Assembly (NCBI GenBank): GCA_965261395.1
Contig: OZ253462.1
Span: forward strand, 4,992,001-5,056,000
DNA: 64,000 nt
Origin: Candidatus Latescibacterota bacterium
GTDB lineage: Bacteria > Latescibacterota > UBA2968 > UBA8231
Direction: 5' to 3'
Shown: in pieces, positions 1-10,489 of the stretch
How the letters are laid out: each line of letters starts with the position of its first letter
Position numbering within the stretch: position 1 is the stretch's first letter
Translations under genes and position numbers: made by a program
Notes under the pieces: model-generated
The model's input: only the letters and a program-made list of their open reading frames with translations
Database searches by the model: none
What the model was told of the DNA's origin: nothing

Positions 1-342
1 AATACGGGCCGCGACGACGCCGAGGTCGTTTTGGAAGCCGGCGAGATCGACAGCAGCACGGTGGCAGTAGGTACCTTCGTCGTGGTCGTCTATGAACGGG
101 AAGAACCACCGCAGTCGCTCTCGGGGGCTTGGGCTAAGCTGGATACGACGAGAGGCTACATTAAAGCCGTGGACCGGCAGGGATTGCTCCTGTCCCTAAA
201 AGGCTGGCCGCAGAGGATCGCCTTGGATCGGATTCAAACGCTGACCCCAAAAATCAGCGAGTCGAGACACTACAAGGATTCAAGCGATACTGGACACCCT
301 TTCGGCGAGAATGAGAAAAGGGAACTACACGGATACCAGTGA
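1..342 (+). CDS. Hypothetical protein, 5'-truncated by the window edge; possibly the N-terminal half of a frameshifted gene continuing in 311..793
   Basis: Frame +1 is open from base 1 to the stop at 342; overlaps the next ORF by 32 nt. Confidence 0.45.
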   Translation, partial: NTGRDDAEVVLEAGEIDSSTVAVGTFVVVVYEREEPPQSLSGAWAKLDTTRGYIKAVDRQGLLLSLKGWPQRIALDRIQTLTPKISESRHYKDSSDTGHPFGENEKRELHGYQ

Positions 343-793
343 GCGGATTGGCCGAAAGTTGGGGTCCGGAATGCAATCGGGGCTTTTGTGTATCTTGCCA
401 AGTGCTTTGTTGTTGGGCTCTATTCTGGCTAAAAAAGCCAACTGCCCCTTAGGGGAGATATTGTGTGGACTAGAATCTTCTATTCTCGGTGGATATATAG
501 GCTACGTGGTTGGAGTACCCATCGGGGTAAGCGCATTGGATCGACACGATTATTTTCGATCGTTGGCCTTTTCGCTGAGTGGTAGCTTCTTAGGGGCTGG
601 CATAGGCTTAGTGCTGATCCAAAGATATGAATTTTTGGGTCCCTTCCTTGTTATCGCCCCGCCTGCCATGGCTACGCTCGCGTCCGAATGGTTTCGCAAT
701 CCACCGGAAGTCTCCCAAGCCCACCGATTCTCCGTCGGTCTGGTACCGAACCCCAAGGGACACCTGTCAGCCGTCGCCACGCTACGCTTCTGA
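311..793 (+). CDS. Hypothetical membrane protein (Gly-rich hydrophobic helices, C-terminus ...VATLRF)
   Basis: ORF track; several hydrophobic Gly-rich segments. Confidence 0.55.
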   Translation: MRKGNYTDTSERIGRKLGSGMQSGLLCILPSALLLGSILAKKANCPLGEILCGLESSILGGYIGYVVGVPIGVSALDRHDYFRSLAFSLSGSFLGAGIGLVLIQRYEFLGPFLVIAPPAMATLASEWFRNPPEVSQAHRFSVGLVPNPKGHLSAVATLRF

Positions 794-933
794 ACGATGC
801 GCTAAAAAATTGCCCACTCCAGTAGCGGAGCGGGTTTGTAGGTTTATCACTGGGCACATAACAGCAAACTCGACTATTTTATGCCCTCAAAATGGCCAGA
901 GGCCAATCTGCAAAACACCCGAAAGGATTTCTC

Positions 934-1950
934 ATGGATGCCAAAGCGCTCATCTGCAACGAACAGCAAAATTTCGCGCTGACTGCGGTCGTGCTGAACG
1001 ATCCCGCCCCCGACCAAGTCGCGATCCGCACCCATTTCACCGGGGTCAGTATCGGCACCGAGTTCGGACTGATCAGCGGCAAGATCAGCAAGATGAACCG
1101 CAACCCCTTTCCGTTGTGCACCGGCTATCAGGGCACGGGCACCATAGAAGCCGTCGGAGCCGACATCGACAATTTTGCGGTCGGCGACGAAGTGTACTTT
1201 CGCGGCAATGACGCGATGAGGCTGGCCGACGGGACGCAGGTCGGGTGCGTTTCCGGCGGGCATTGCAGTCGCGTCGTGACCCGGCCCAATACCACGCATG
1301 GCGTGGCCAAGATGGTGCCCGGGGCGGGAATGGATGTGGCGAGTTTGTTTGTGATGCCGGCAGTGGGGCTCTATGGCGTCGATATGGCCAATCCGCGGAT
1401 GGGAGATACGGTGGTGGTACACGGGGTGGGGATGATTGGCTTAGGAGTGGTGGCGGCTTGCGCACAGCGAGGGTGCGTGGTGGTGGCAGTGGACATTGAT
1501 GAAAAACCGCTGGTGGTCGCCAAGGCGCTGGGAGCGGATCATGCAATCAATGGCAAAAAGCAGGACGTGGCCGCTGTAGTACGGGAGATCACACCCGAAG
1601 GCGCCGATGTGGTATTCGAGTGCACCGGGCATCCGCAGTGCATTGATCCGGCGATTGCCCTCTGTCGGCGGTTTGGGTCTTTCGTCTGGCAGGGCCACTA
1701 CGGGGACGATCCGGTCGCCCTGGACTTTCCTACGCCGCATGGCAAGCGGCTACAGATGTTTTTCCCCTGCGACGACGGCTGGCAGCCCTGCCGCCGCGCT
1801 GTGATCAAGAACATGGCCATGGGAGCGCTCAAGTGGGAACACTGCATTACTCATCGGATAGGGTGCGCCGAGATGCCGGCGATGTTCGAGCGCATTAAGC
1901 GGGAGCGGGATGGGGATATCGTCGGGGTGGTCGTCGATTGGCGGGATTGA
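934..1950 (+). CDS. Medium-chain (zinc-binding type) alcohol dehydrogenase family
   Basis: GVSIGTE, GYQGTG, Rossmann GVGMIG, GADVVFECTG; AAAGGA RBS before ATG 934. Confidence 0.85.
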   Translation: MDAKALICNEQQNFALTAVVLNDPAPDQVAIRTHFTGVSIGTEFGLISGKISKMNRNPFPLCTGYQGTGTIEAVGADIDNFAVGDEVYFRGNDAMRLADGTQVGCVSGGHCSRVVTRPNTTHGVAKMVPGAGMDVASLFVMPAVGLYGVDMANPRMGDTVVVHGVGMIGLGVVAACAQRGCVVVAVDIDEKPLVVAKALGADHAINGKKQDVAAVVREITPEGADVVFECTGHPQCIDPAIALCRRFGSFVWQGHYGDDPVALDFPTPHGKRLQMFFPCDDGWQPCRRAVIKNMAMGALKWEHCITHRIGCAEMPAMFERIKRERDGDIVGVVVDWRD

Positions 1951-2103
1951 GGGGCCGCTTGTCAGCTATCTCCACGCTGCGCTTCTGAACGGTGCAGCGG
2001 TGAGACCCTATCACCAGCCAAAACGCGCCGTTTGTTCGCCATATCCCTAGCGAGTGCATATATTCGCTACTTCCGATTTTACCCCGTTTTGAGGAGCCAG
2101 ACC

Positions 2104-2901
2104 ATGCGCCAAACATCAACCCGCATCGGCCTGATCGGCTACGGCCAGATCGGCCAAGTCGTCCACCAGATGATAGAAGCTGACGCAGACAACGGCATGG
2201 AAGTCGTCTTCGTCCACGATCAAATGGCCGCGGCCGTCCAAGACCTCCCCGCCGACCTCTGTCTAGCGGATTTGGGCGACTTTGAGTCGCGGCAGCCCGA
2301 CCTCGTCGTCGAGATGGCCCACCCAGCCGTCACCCGCCAGTGGGGACAGACGATCCTCGAAAAAACCAACTACATGTTCATCTCGGTGACCGCCCTCGCC
2401 GACCCAGCCATCGAAGCCACCATTGAAGAGACGACCCGCCGCGCCGGCACCCGCGCCTTCGTCCCGCACGGAGGCGTGGTCGGCATGGACGCGCTGTTGG
2501 AAAACCGCGACGTGTGGGAGTCGGTCGATGTGGTGATGAAAAAGCCCCCGCACAACGTCGATTGCGCCGCCGCCGGCCTCGATCCCGACGACATCAAAGA
2601 AGAAACGGTCCTCTACGACGGCCCGACGCGCGGCATCTGCCCGCTCTTCCCGCGCAACGTCAACACCCACGCGGCCATCGCGTACGCCGGCATTGGCTTC
2701 GACCGCACGCACTCGCTGCTGCTGGTAAGCCCGGAGTGGAGCGAAGCCGTCGTCGAAATCCACGCCCAAGGCCCAGGCCTCGACCTCAAGGTCGCACGCA
2801 GCGAAGGCATCACCGGGGTCACCGGGGCCTCGACGCCGGTCTCCATCTACAACACCGTGCAGATGATTGGCGCGACCGGCCCGGGCATCCACATCCGATG
2901 A
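2104..2901 (+). CDS. Aspartate dehydrogenase-like (NadX/DUF108) oxidoreductase
   Basis: IGLIGYGQIG, LVVEMA, GGVVGMDAL, FPRNVNTHAA; GAGGAG RBS. Confidence 0.75.
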   Translation: MRQTSTRIGLIGYGQIGQVVHQMIEADADNGMEVVFVHDQMAAAVQDLPADLCLADLGDFESRQPDLVVEMAHPAVTRQWGQTILEKTNYMFISVTALADPAIEATIEETTRRAGTRAFVPHGGVVGMDALLENRDVWESVDVVMKKPPHNVDCAAAGLDPDDIKEETVLYDGPTRGICPLFPRNVNTHAAIAYAGIGFDRTHSLLLVSPEWSEAVVEIHAQGPGLDLKVARSEGITGVTGASTPVSIYNTVQMIGATGPGIHIR

Positions 2902-4055
2902 AGCCTTTCGCCCGTATCCCCGCGTCCATTCCACGCTCGGGCATCCGCGAGATCATGGACTTGGCCTGGGACGTCGAGAAGACGGGCGAGGTCATCCACC
3001 TCGAAGTCGGGCAACCCGATTTTGCCACGCCAGCGTCCATTGTCGAAGCCACCTGCCGCTACGCGCGCGCCGGCCACACCAAGTACGTGCCCAACCCCGG
3101 AGTCGATGCTTTGCGCGCGGCCGCGGCACGCCACTTCGAGCGCCGCACCGGCGTGCCAACCACCAGCGAAAACATCCTCGTAACCCCCGGGGCGGTCATG
3201 AGCGTGGCGACCGCTTTCCTAGCCCTGCTCGAACCGGGCGACGAGGTCCTGTTACCCGACCCAGGCTGGCCCAACTACCAAATGGCCGTCTCCATCGTCC
3301 ACGGCCAACCCGTCTTTTATAATCTGCGGGCGGAAAACCACTTTCTGCCCGACCTCGACGAGATCGACCGCCTAGTCAGCCCCCGCACCAAACTCCTGCT
3401 CCTCTGCACGCCCTCCAACCCCACCGGCCAAGTGTACGACGAGGCCCTGATGCGCCAGCTCATGGACTTGGCCCAACGCCACAACTTGTGGGTGCTGTCC
3501 GACGAGATCTACGGTCAGATCGTCTTCGACCAACCGCATCAGAGCGCGCTGCCGCACGACGCCGACGGGCGTGCCATCGTCGTCTCCGGCATGTCCAAAA
3601 GCTACGCCATGACCGGCTACCGAGTGGGCTTTACCCGCGCCAATCCCGAATACATCGAACTGGCCGCCAAGCTGCAAGAGCCTTTCGTCTCGTGCGGCAC
3701 GGGCTTTTCGCAGTTGGCTTCCGCCGACGCGCTCGACGGCCCGCAAGACGAAGTAGAAGCCATGTGCCGCGCCTATGCGCGCCGCCGCGACATCGCCCTC
3801 GATGTCCTGCACCAGTACGGCCGCTACCGCTACACCCCGGGCGGCGCGATCTACCTGATGATCGACATCTCGGCAGCCGGCATGGACTCCGGCGAATTCG
3901 CCATCCGGCTGCTCAAAGAACAGCGCGTGGCCGTGGCCCCAGGCAGCACCTTCGGCCAGATGTGCCGCGACCACGTGCGCATCTCCATCGCCGCCTCCGA
4001 AGAACACATCCACCGCGGCGTGACCACCCTTTGCGAATTCGCGCAACAGGTGTAG
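2898..4055 (+). CDS. PLP-dependent class I/II aminotransferase
   Basis: HLEVGQPDF, PSNPTG, SDEIY, SKSYAMTGYRVG; ATGA overlap with the upstream gene. Confidence 0.92.
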   Translation: MKPFARIPASIPRSGIREIMDLAWDVEKTGEVIHLEVGQPDFATPASIVEATCRYARAGHTKYVPNPGVDALRAAAARHFERRTGVPTTSENILVTPGAVMSVATAFLALLEPGDEVLLPDPGWPNYQMAVSIVHGQPVFYNLRAENHFLPDLDEIDRLVSPRTKLLLLCTPSNPTGQVYDEALMRQLMDLAQRHNLWVLSDEIYGQIVFDQPHQSALPHDADGRAIVVSGMSKSYAMTGYRVGFTRANPEYIELAAKLQEPFVSCGTGFSQLASADALDGPQDEVEAMCRAYARRRDIALDVLHQYGRYRYTPGGAIYLMIDISAAGMDSGEFAIRLLKEQRVAVAPGSTFGQMCRDHVRISIAASEEHIHRGVTTLCEFAQQV

Positions 4056-4081
4056 GGGGCGGTTTACAAACCGCCCCCTAC
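4052..4081. repeat. GTAG-type REP-like palindrome
   Basis: GTAGGGGGCGGTTT-AC-AAACCGCCCCCTAC, a perfect 14-bp inverted repeat at the gene end. Confidence 0.7.
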
Positions 4082-4109
4082 ACATTAAAAAATCAGAGGA
4101 AAATCCGTT

Positions 4110-4868
4110 TTGGACAGCGAATTGTTACAACGGGGATTCGTCCCCCAGCCGCTGACGCCCGCGCAATACAACGAGTTGGACGCCAACGGTTTCATCATTT
4201 TGGAAGAGGTCATCGCGCCCGACCGGCTGGCCGAATTGCGCCATGCTTTTGACGCGATCTTTGTCAGAGAGGGCGACCAAGCTGGCGCTGAGGTGTCCCA
4301 AGTAGAGGGCGTGCGCCGCCTCGCCGATTTGGTCAACAAGGGGACGGTCTTCGACGCCGTGTACCTACAGCCGACGCTGCTGACCGCGGTCTTCCACGTC
4401 TTGCAGCGGCCATTTAAGCTGCACTCGCTCAATGGGCACGATCCACTGCCCGGCAGCGGATTACAGGCCCTGCACGCGGATTGGGGGCAGCCCACCGTGC
4501 CCGGCGGACCGTATCACGTGGTCAACTCCATGTGGATGCTCGACGATTTTACCCAGGGCAACGGCGCGACCCGCTGCGTCCCCGGCAGCCACCGCAAACC
4601 CGGCAGGGTCACCGACTACATGGACGACCGCTTGGCCGATCACCCCGAGCAAGTGCAGCTGACGGGCCGCGCCGGCTCGGTCGCCGTGTTCAACGGCAGC
4701 CTCTGGCACAGTTCGTATCGCAACCACAGCAGTGATCCCCGCCGCACCCTACACTGCGCCTTTATCGCCCGCGAACACCCGCAACAGACCAATCAGCGCG
4801 AGTACTTGCAGCCCGCAACCGCCCAGCGACTCTCCCCGCTAGCGCGCTACATCCTCGACGTAGAATGA
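4110..4868 (+). CDS. Phytanoyl-CoA dioxygenase (PhyH) family Fe(II)/2OG oxygenase
   Basis: LHAD (HxD), NGATRCVPGSH, LWH, distal R. Confidence 0.88.
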   Translation: MDSELLQRGFVPQPLTPAQYNELDANGFIILEEVIAPDRLAELRHAFDAIFVREGDQAGAEVSQVEGVRRLADLVNKGTVFDAVYLQPTLLTAVFHVLQRPFKLHSLNGHDPLPGSGLQALHADWGQPTVPGGPYHVVNSMWMLDDFTQGNGATRCVPGSHRKPGRVTDYMDDRLADHPEQVQLTGRAGSVAVFNGSLWHSSYRNHSSDPRRTLHCAFIAREHPQQTNQREYLQPATAQRLSPLARYILDVE

Positions 4869-4876
4869 ACCTAGAG
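4727..4876 (+). repeat. 150-bp direct repeat, copy 1 (3' end of the PhyH gene)
   Basis: Matches 10340..10489 with 2 mismatches (read by eye). Confidence 0.95.
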
Positions 4877-4884
4877 GTAGCCTC

Positions 4885-6423
4885 ATGAACAGAACAACCC
4901 GTCGCAGATTCCTGCAGACCGGCGCCGCTGGCGCCGCCGCACTCGCCTTGCCCATCCGCTTCGCCCGCGCCGCCAAGAAAGGCGGTGTCATGCGCATGGG
5001 CAAGGGGCACGGCGGGACCCACGACAGCCTCAACCCGGCGACCCACGAGAACGGCTTCACTATCGCCATGACTCATGGGTACAACAACTATCTGACCGAA
5101 GTGGCTGGAGACGGCTCGCTGGTCGGCCAGCTCGCCGAGAACTGGGAAGCATCGGCGGACGCCGCGACCTGGACCTTCCAGTTGCGCAAGGGCGTTACTT
5201 ACCACAACGGCCGGGAGGTAACGGCCGAGGACGTCGTCGCGTCCATCAACCATCACCGCGGCGAGGATTCGAAGTCCGCCGCCAAGCCGATCGTCTCGCC
5301 GGTCACCGACATCAAGGCCGACGGCAAGCACACGGCGGTCTTCACCCTCAGTGCCGGAAACGCCGACTTCCCGTTCATCGTCAGCGACTACCACCTGCCG
5401 ATCATGCCGAGCGAAGGCGGCAAGGCCGACTGGCAGTCCGGCATCGGCGCCGGGGCGTACAAGATCAAGAGCTTCGAGCCGGGCGTGCGCATCGATCTGG
5501 AGAAGTACGCGGACTACTGGGACTCGGGTCGCGGGCACTTCGACGCGATCCAGATGATCACCATCACCGATCCGGCCGCCCGTACCAACGCCATCATCAC
5601 CGGCGGGGTCGACGCCATCGACCGGGCCGATCTGAAGACCGTGCACCTGCTCAAGCGCCGCAAGGGACTCACGGTGCATTCGATTGCCGGCACCCATCAC
5701 TACACCTTCCCGATGCGCACCAACGTTGCGCCGTTCAGCGACAACAACGTGCGCATGGCGCTCAAGCACGCTATCAACCGCGAGGAAATGGTGGAGAAGA
5801 TCCTGCAGGGCTTCGGCGTCGTCGGGAACGACCACCCCATCGGCCCGGGACAGCGCTTCTTCGCCAAGGACCTGGAGCAACGCACCTACGACCCCGACAA
5901 GGCAAAGTATTACCTGAAGCAGGCCGGCATGGACTCGCTCACGGTGGACTTGAGCGTCGCGGACGCGGCCTTCGCGGGCGCCGTCGACGCAGGCGCGCTG
6001 TTCGCGGAGACCGTCAAGGAGGCGGGCATCAACCTGAACCTCGTGCGCGAGCCGAACGACGGGTACTGGTCGAACGTCTGGAACAAGAAGCCGTTCTGTG
6101 CCTGCTACTGGGGCGGTCGGCCCACCGCCGACTGGATGTTCGCGACTGCCTACGAGGCCGGGGTGCCCTGGAACGACGCCGCGTGGGAACACGAGAAGTT
6201 CAACAAGATGCTCATCGAGGCCCGTGCGGAGCTCGACGAGGCCAAGCGGCGCATGATGTATGCGGAGATGCAGCAGATCGTGCGCGACGAGGGCGGCACT
6301 ATCATCCCCATGTTCGCCTCCTACGTCTTCGCCACCTCCGACAAGCTCGCCCTGCCGGAGCAGATGGCCTCGAACTGGGATCTGGACGGCGAACACTGGA
6401 TGGAACGCTGGTCGTTCGCCTGA
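4885..6423 (+). CDS. ABC transporter substrate-binding protein (peptide/nickel family 5) with Tat signal
   Basis: TRRRFLQ twin-arginine signal; LAENWE, WTFQLRKGVTYHNG, GAGAY. Confidence 0.93.
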   Translation: MNRTTRRRFLQTGAAGAAALALPIRFARAAKKGGVMRMGKGHGGTHDSLNPATHENGFTIAMTHGYNNYLTEVAGDGSLVGQLAENWEASADAATWTFQLRKGVTYHNGREVTAEDVVASINHHRGEDSKSAAKPIVSPVTDIKADGKHTAVFTLSAGNADFPFIVSDYHLPIMPSEGGKADWQSGIGAGAYKIKSFEPGVRIDLEKYADYWDSGRGHFDAIQMITITDPAARTNAIITGGVDAIDRADLKTVHLLKRRKGLTVHSIAGTHHYTFPMRTNVAPFSDNNVRMALKHAINREEMVEKILQGFGVVGNDHPIGPGQRFFAKDLEQRTYDPDKAKYYLKQAGMDSLTVDLSVADAAFAGAVDAGALFAETVKEAGINLNLVREPNDGYWSNVWNKKPFCACYWGGRPTADWMFATAYEAGVPWNDAAWEHEKFNKMLIEARAELDEAKRRMMYAEMQQIVRDEGGTIIPMFASYVFATSDKLALPEQMASNWDLDGEHWMERWSFA

Positions 6424-6617
6424 TCCGCATCCGGCCGAGGACGCACCATAGAGCAAGAAGAAGGGGCCACGTGGCTGGAAGGACTGCGACAATGGAGGTC
6501 GCGCGCACTGGGCGCTTGCGGAGCACCATGAAATAAGCGATCCACGCGAGCGCGATGACAGCCGGGGGGTTCGGGTTTCGGGTTTGCACGCCCGGCCGCC
6601 TCGGAGGAGAAGAGCAT

Positions 6618-7571
6618 ATGGGCGTTCTGTCACTGGTGGCCAAGCGGCTTGGACTTGGCTTCGTCACGCTGCTCGTGGTCTCGATCATCATCTTCGGGGC
6701 GGTCGAGCTGCTGCCGGGCGACCTCGCCCAGCAGATCCTCGGCCAATCCGCGACCCCGGAGACGGTCAAAGCGATGCGAGAGGAGCTCGGGCTGGACCGA
6801 TCGGCTCCGACGCGTTACGTCGAGTGGCTGGGCGGCGCACTCCAGGGCGACTTCGGGGTCTCTCTCGCCAACAAGCGCTCGGTGGCCGATCAGCTCATCC
6901 CGCGTTTCGCGAACACTCTCTTCCTCGCCGCGGTGGCGGCAGCGTTCTCCATACCAATCTCGATCGTGCTGGGGGTGCTGGCGGCGCTCTACCGCGGATC
7001 GGTCTTCGATCGGATTGCGAATGTGAGCACGCTGACCTCGATCTCGTCGCCGGAGTTCTTCCTCGGCTACATCCTCATCCTGTTCTTCTCCGTCCAGAAT
7101 TCGTGGCTTCCCTCGATATCGAGCGTCACCGGCGACATGGCGTTCACCGATCGGGTCTTCGTCACCCTGCTGCCCGCCATCACCCTGACCCTGGTGGTGA
7201 TCGCGCACATGATGCGCATGACCCGGGCCGCAATCATCGCCCTGCTGGCCTCGCCCTACATCGAGATGGCCCGGCTCAAGGGCGAGCCGCGCTGGAAGGT
7301 CATCGCGGTGCACGCGCTGCCGAACGCGCTGGCCCCCATCATCAACGTGGTCGCGCTGAACCTCGCCTATCTCATCACCGGCGTGGTGCTGGTCGAAATC
7401 GTCTTCGTGTACCCAGGGGTCGGCCAGTTGCTGGTCGACAGCGTCACCAAGCGGGACTTCCCGGTGGTGCAGGCATGCTGTCTGGTCTTTGCCGCGACCT
7501 ACATCCTGCTGAACCTGATCGCCGACGTGGGGGTGATTCTCTCCAACCCGCGGCTGCGGCATCCCAAGTGA
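6618..7571 (+). CDS. ABC transporter permease (DppB/OppB-like)
   Basis: LLPGD, EMARLKG (EAA-like loop), NPRLR end; GGAGGA RBS. Confidence 0.92.
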   Translation: MGVLSLVAKRLGLGFVTLLVVSIIIFGAVELLPGDLAQQILGQSATPETVKAMREELGLDRSAPTRYVEWLGGALQGDFGVSLANKRSVADQLIPRFANTLFLAAVAAAFSIPISIVLGVLAALYRGSVFDRIANVSTLTSISSPEFFLGYILILFFSVQNSWLPSISSVTGDMAFTDRVFVTLLPAITLTLVVIAHMMRMTRAAIIALLASPYIEMARLKGEPRWKVIAVHALPNALAPIINVVALNLAYLITGVVLVEIVFVYPGVGQLLVDSVTKRDFPVVQACCLVFAATYILLNLIADVGVILSNPRLRHPK

Positions 7572-7581
7572 GGGCCACGTC

Positions 7582-8643
7582 ATGAGCACTTTCGCCATCG
7601 TCTTCTTCACGCTCATGATCGCGGCCTCGTGTCTGGCCGCCTACTATCATCGGCGCGACGCCTTCATGGTGTTGTTCAGCCTCACCCTCGCATCGTTCCT
7701 GATGGGCCTGCTCGGGGGGGAGCAGTGGCTACGCGCCGTCGCGATCGGCATCGGGCTGTTCTTCGCCTCCGGGGGCCTCGCCTACAGCTTCCGCGAGTTT
7801 CTGGTGCAGACTCTCCCGCGCGATGTGGCCAAGACCATGCGCAACGCCCCGCTCACCGCATCCTTCGGTCTGTTCGTGATCCTCGTCTACGTCGTGGCGG
7901 CGGTGTTCGCCCCGGTGATCGCGCCGTACGGTGAATCGGAGGTGATCGGCAGCTCCTACGCACCCGCCGACGACATGATGCTGCTCGGCGGCGATCAGCT
8001 CGGACGCGACATGTTCAGCCGCATCATCTACGGCGCGCGGAACACGGTGGGCATTGCGCTGCTCACCACCGCCATCGCGTTCCTGGTGGGGTCGCTGACG
8101 GGCCTCATGGCGGCGACGCTCGGCGGCTGGGTCGACCAGACCTGCGGGCGCATCGGCGACACGCTGATGGCGATTCCGCAGCTCGTGTTCGCGCTGCTGC
8201 TGCTGACCATCGTCGGCACCAACGTGGTCAACCTCATCCTGGTCATCGCGCTGCTCTACTCGCCACTTGTATTCCGGCTCGCCCGGGCGGTGGCCGGCAA
8301 CATCGTTGTGATGGACTACATCGAGGCTGCGCGGCTGCGCGGCGAGAAGACCTGGTACCTGATCGTCAGCGAGATCCTGCCGAACGCGACGGCACCGCTG
8401 GTGGCGGAGTTCGGGCTGCGGTTCTGCTTCGTGTTCCTGGCCATCTCGGCGCTGTCCTTCCTCGGCCTCGGCATCCAGCCGCCGACCGCGGACTGGGGCT
8501 CCATGGTGCGTGAGAACGCGACTCTCATCTCGTTCGGCGAGGTGACCCCACTGATCCCGGCGGCGGCGATCGCGCTGCTGACGGTGTCCGTCAATCTCGT
8601 GGTGGACTGGATGCTCCACCTCTCCTCCGGTCTGAAGGAGTGA
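7582..8643 (+). CDS. ABC transporter permease (DppC/OppC-like) with extra N-terminal TM helices
   Basis: LGGDQLGRD, YIEAARLRG, LSFLGLGIQPP. Confidence 0.92.
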   Translation: MSTFAIVFFTLMIAASCLAAYYHRRDAFMVLFSLTLASFLMGLLGGEQWLRAVAIGIGLFFASGGLAYSFREFLVQTLPRDVAKTMRNAPLTASFGLFVILVYVVAAVFAPVIAPYGESEVIGSSYAPADDMMLLGGDQLGRDMFSRIIYGARNTVGIALLTTAIAFLVGSLTGLMAATLGGWVDQTCGRIGDTLMAIPQLVFALLLLTIVGTNVVNLILVIALLYSPLVFRLARAVAGNIVVMDYIEAARLRGEKTWYLIVSEILPNATAPLVAEFGLRFCFVFLAISALSFLGLGIQPPTADWGSMVRENATLISFGEVTPLIPAAAIALLTVSVNLVVDWMLHLSSGLKE

Positions 8644-8649
8644 AAGCTC

Positions 8650-10302
8650 ATGGATGAAGAGAAGAGCTTGTTGCTGAAGATCCGGGGCCTGCGGATCGAG
8701 GGCCAGGCCGACGAGAAGTGGTTCGAGATTGTGCACGGCATCGACCTCGATCTGCACCGCGGCGAGGTGATGGGCCTCATCGGGGAATCCGGCGCCGGCA
8801 AATCGACGATCGGACTCGCCGCCATGGGCTTCACCCGCGACGGCTGCCGCATCTCCGCCGGCGCCATCGAGTTCGACGGCATGGAGCTGACCTCCTCCCC
8901 CGAAGAGGACCTGCGCATGCTGCGCGGCGCGCGCATCGCCTACGTAGCGCAGTCGGCGGCCGCGTCGTTCAACCCGGCGCACAAGCTGATCGACCAGCAC
9001 ACCGCGGCGCCGGTGCAGCACAAGATCAGGACCCGGCGCGAGAGCGAAGCGGACGCGATGGATCTCTACCGGCGCCTGCGCCTGCCCAACCCCGAGGAGA
9101 TCGGCTTCCGCTACCCGCACCAAGTCTCGGGGGGACAGCTCCAGCGTGCGATGACCGCGATGGCGATGAGCTGCCGGCCCGACCTGATCATCTTCGACGA
9201 GCCGACCACCGCGCTCGACGTCACCACCCAGATCGAGGTGCTCGCCGCGATCCGCGACATCGTCGACCAGTTCAACACCGCCGCGCTCTACATCACGCAC
9301 GACCTCGCGGTCGTTGCGCAGATGGCCGACCGCATCAAGGTGCTGCTCAAGGGCGACGAGATCGAAGAGGCCGACACCCGCTCCATGCTCTCGTTGCCGA
9401 GGGAGGATTACACCAAGTCGTTGTGGGCGGTGCGCAGCTTCCAGCGCAAGCAGAAGCCGCTGGCCGCTCCAGGCGAGACGCCGGTGATCTCGGTGAGCGG
9501 CGTCAGCGCCGCCTACGGCCCCGTCAAGGTCCTCGACGACATCTCCTTCGATATCCACCGCGGCCGCACGGTCGCGGTGGTCGGCGAGTCGGGCTCGGGC
9601 AAATCGACCGCGGCGCGGTGCATCACCGGCCTGCTGCCGCCGACCAAGGGCGAGATACGGCACAACGGCCAAGCCCTGCCGCCGAGCTTCAAGCAACGTT
9701 CGAAGGACCAGCTCCGCCAAGCGCAGATGATCTATCAGATGGCCGATACCGCGCTCAACCCAAAGAAGCGCATCGGCGAGATCATCGGGCGTCCGGTGGC
9801 CTTCTACCGGGGGCTGCACGGCGCGGACCTGAAGAAGCGGGTGGACGAGCTCCTCGACCAGATCGAGCTCGAGCCGTCGCAGTACTACCACCGCGTCCCG
9901 TCCGAGCTGTCCGGGGGTCAGAAACAGCGTGTCGGGATCGCCCGGGCGCTCGCGGCCGATCCCGAGTTCATCATCTGCGACGAGGTCACGAGTGCGCTCG
10001 ACCAGCTCGTCGCCGAAGGGATTCTGAAGCTTCTCGACCGCCTCCAGGAGGATCTGAACCTCGCGTACATGTTCATCACCCACGATCTCGCGACGGTGCG
10101 CTCGATCGCCGACGAGGTGGTGGTGATGAAGGAGGGCAAGGTCGTCGAAGCGGGTCCGAAGGACGAGATGTTCCGCCCCCCGCACCACGAGTACACCGAC
10201 CTCCTGCTCTCCTCGGTGCCGGAAATGGACCCGGACTGGCTCGACGGGCTGCTCGAGCGGCGCGGCGGCGACAACACCGGCGAGGCGGCGAGGAATGTAT
10301 AG
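8650..10302 (+). CDS. ABC transporter ATP-binding protein with two fused NBDs
   Basis: Two Walker A motifs ([16 protein letters not shown]), two SGGQ signatures, DEPTT/DEVTS. Confidence 0.95.
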   Translation: MDEEKSLLLKIRGLRIEGQADEKWFEIVHGIDLDLHRGEVMGLIGESGAGKSTIGLAAMGFTRDGCRISAGAIEFDGMELTSSPEEDLRMLRGARIAYVAQSAAASFNPAHKLIDQHTAAPVQHKIRTRRESEADAMDLYRRLRLPNPEEIGFRYPHQVSGGQLQRAMTAMAMSCRPDLIIFDEPTTALDVTTQIEVLAAIRDIVDQFNTAALYITHDLAVVAQMADRIKVLLKGDEIEEADTRSMLSLPREDYTKSLWAVRSFQRKQKPLAAPGETPVISVSGVSAAYGPVKVLDDISFDIHRGRTVAVVGESGSGKSTAARCITGLLPPTKGEIRHNGQALPPSFKQRSKDQLRQAQMIYQMADTALNPKKRIGEIIGRPVAFYRGLHGADLKKRVDELLDQIELEPSQYYHRVPSELSGGQKQRVGIARALAADPEFIICDEVTSALDQLVAEGILKLLDRLQEDLNLAYMFITHDLATVRSIADEVVVMKEGKVVEAGPKDEMFRPPHHEYTDLLLSSVPEMDPDWLDGLLERRGGDNTGEAARNV

Positions 10303-10339
10303 GAAAAATAAGGCACCGATAGCGGTACTATGCGGTCCG

Positions 10340-10489
10340 CAGCAGCGATCCCCGCCGCACCCTACACTGCGCCTTTATCGCCCGCGAACACCCGCAACAG
10401 ACCAACCAGCGCGAGTACTTGCAGCCCGCAACCGCCCAGCGACTCTCCCCGCTAGCGCGCTACATCCTCGACGTAGAATGAACCTAGAG
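10340..10489 (+). repeat. 150-bp direct repeat, copy 2 (orphan PhyH 3' end overlapping the manC stop)
   Basis: Near-identical to 4727..4876. Confidence 0.95.

Noticed and set aside
2514-2897. N-terminal extension of the aminotransferase ORF
   Set aside because: Overlaps the upstream gene; the real start is the ATGA-coupled ATG at 2898
4762-10188. Long minus-strand ORFs (623, 328 and 819 aa) opposite the ABC cassette
   Set aside because: Antisense shadows of strongly GC3-biased genes; no motifs
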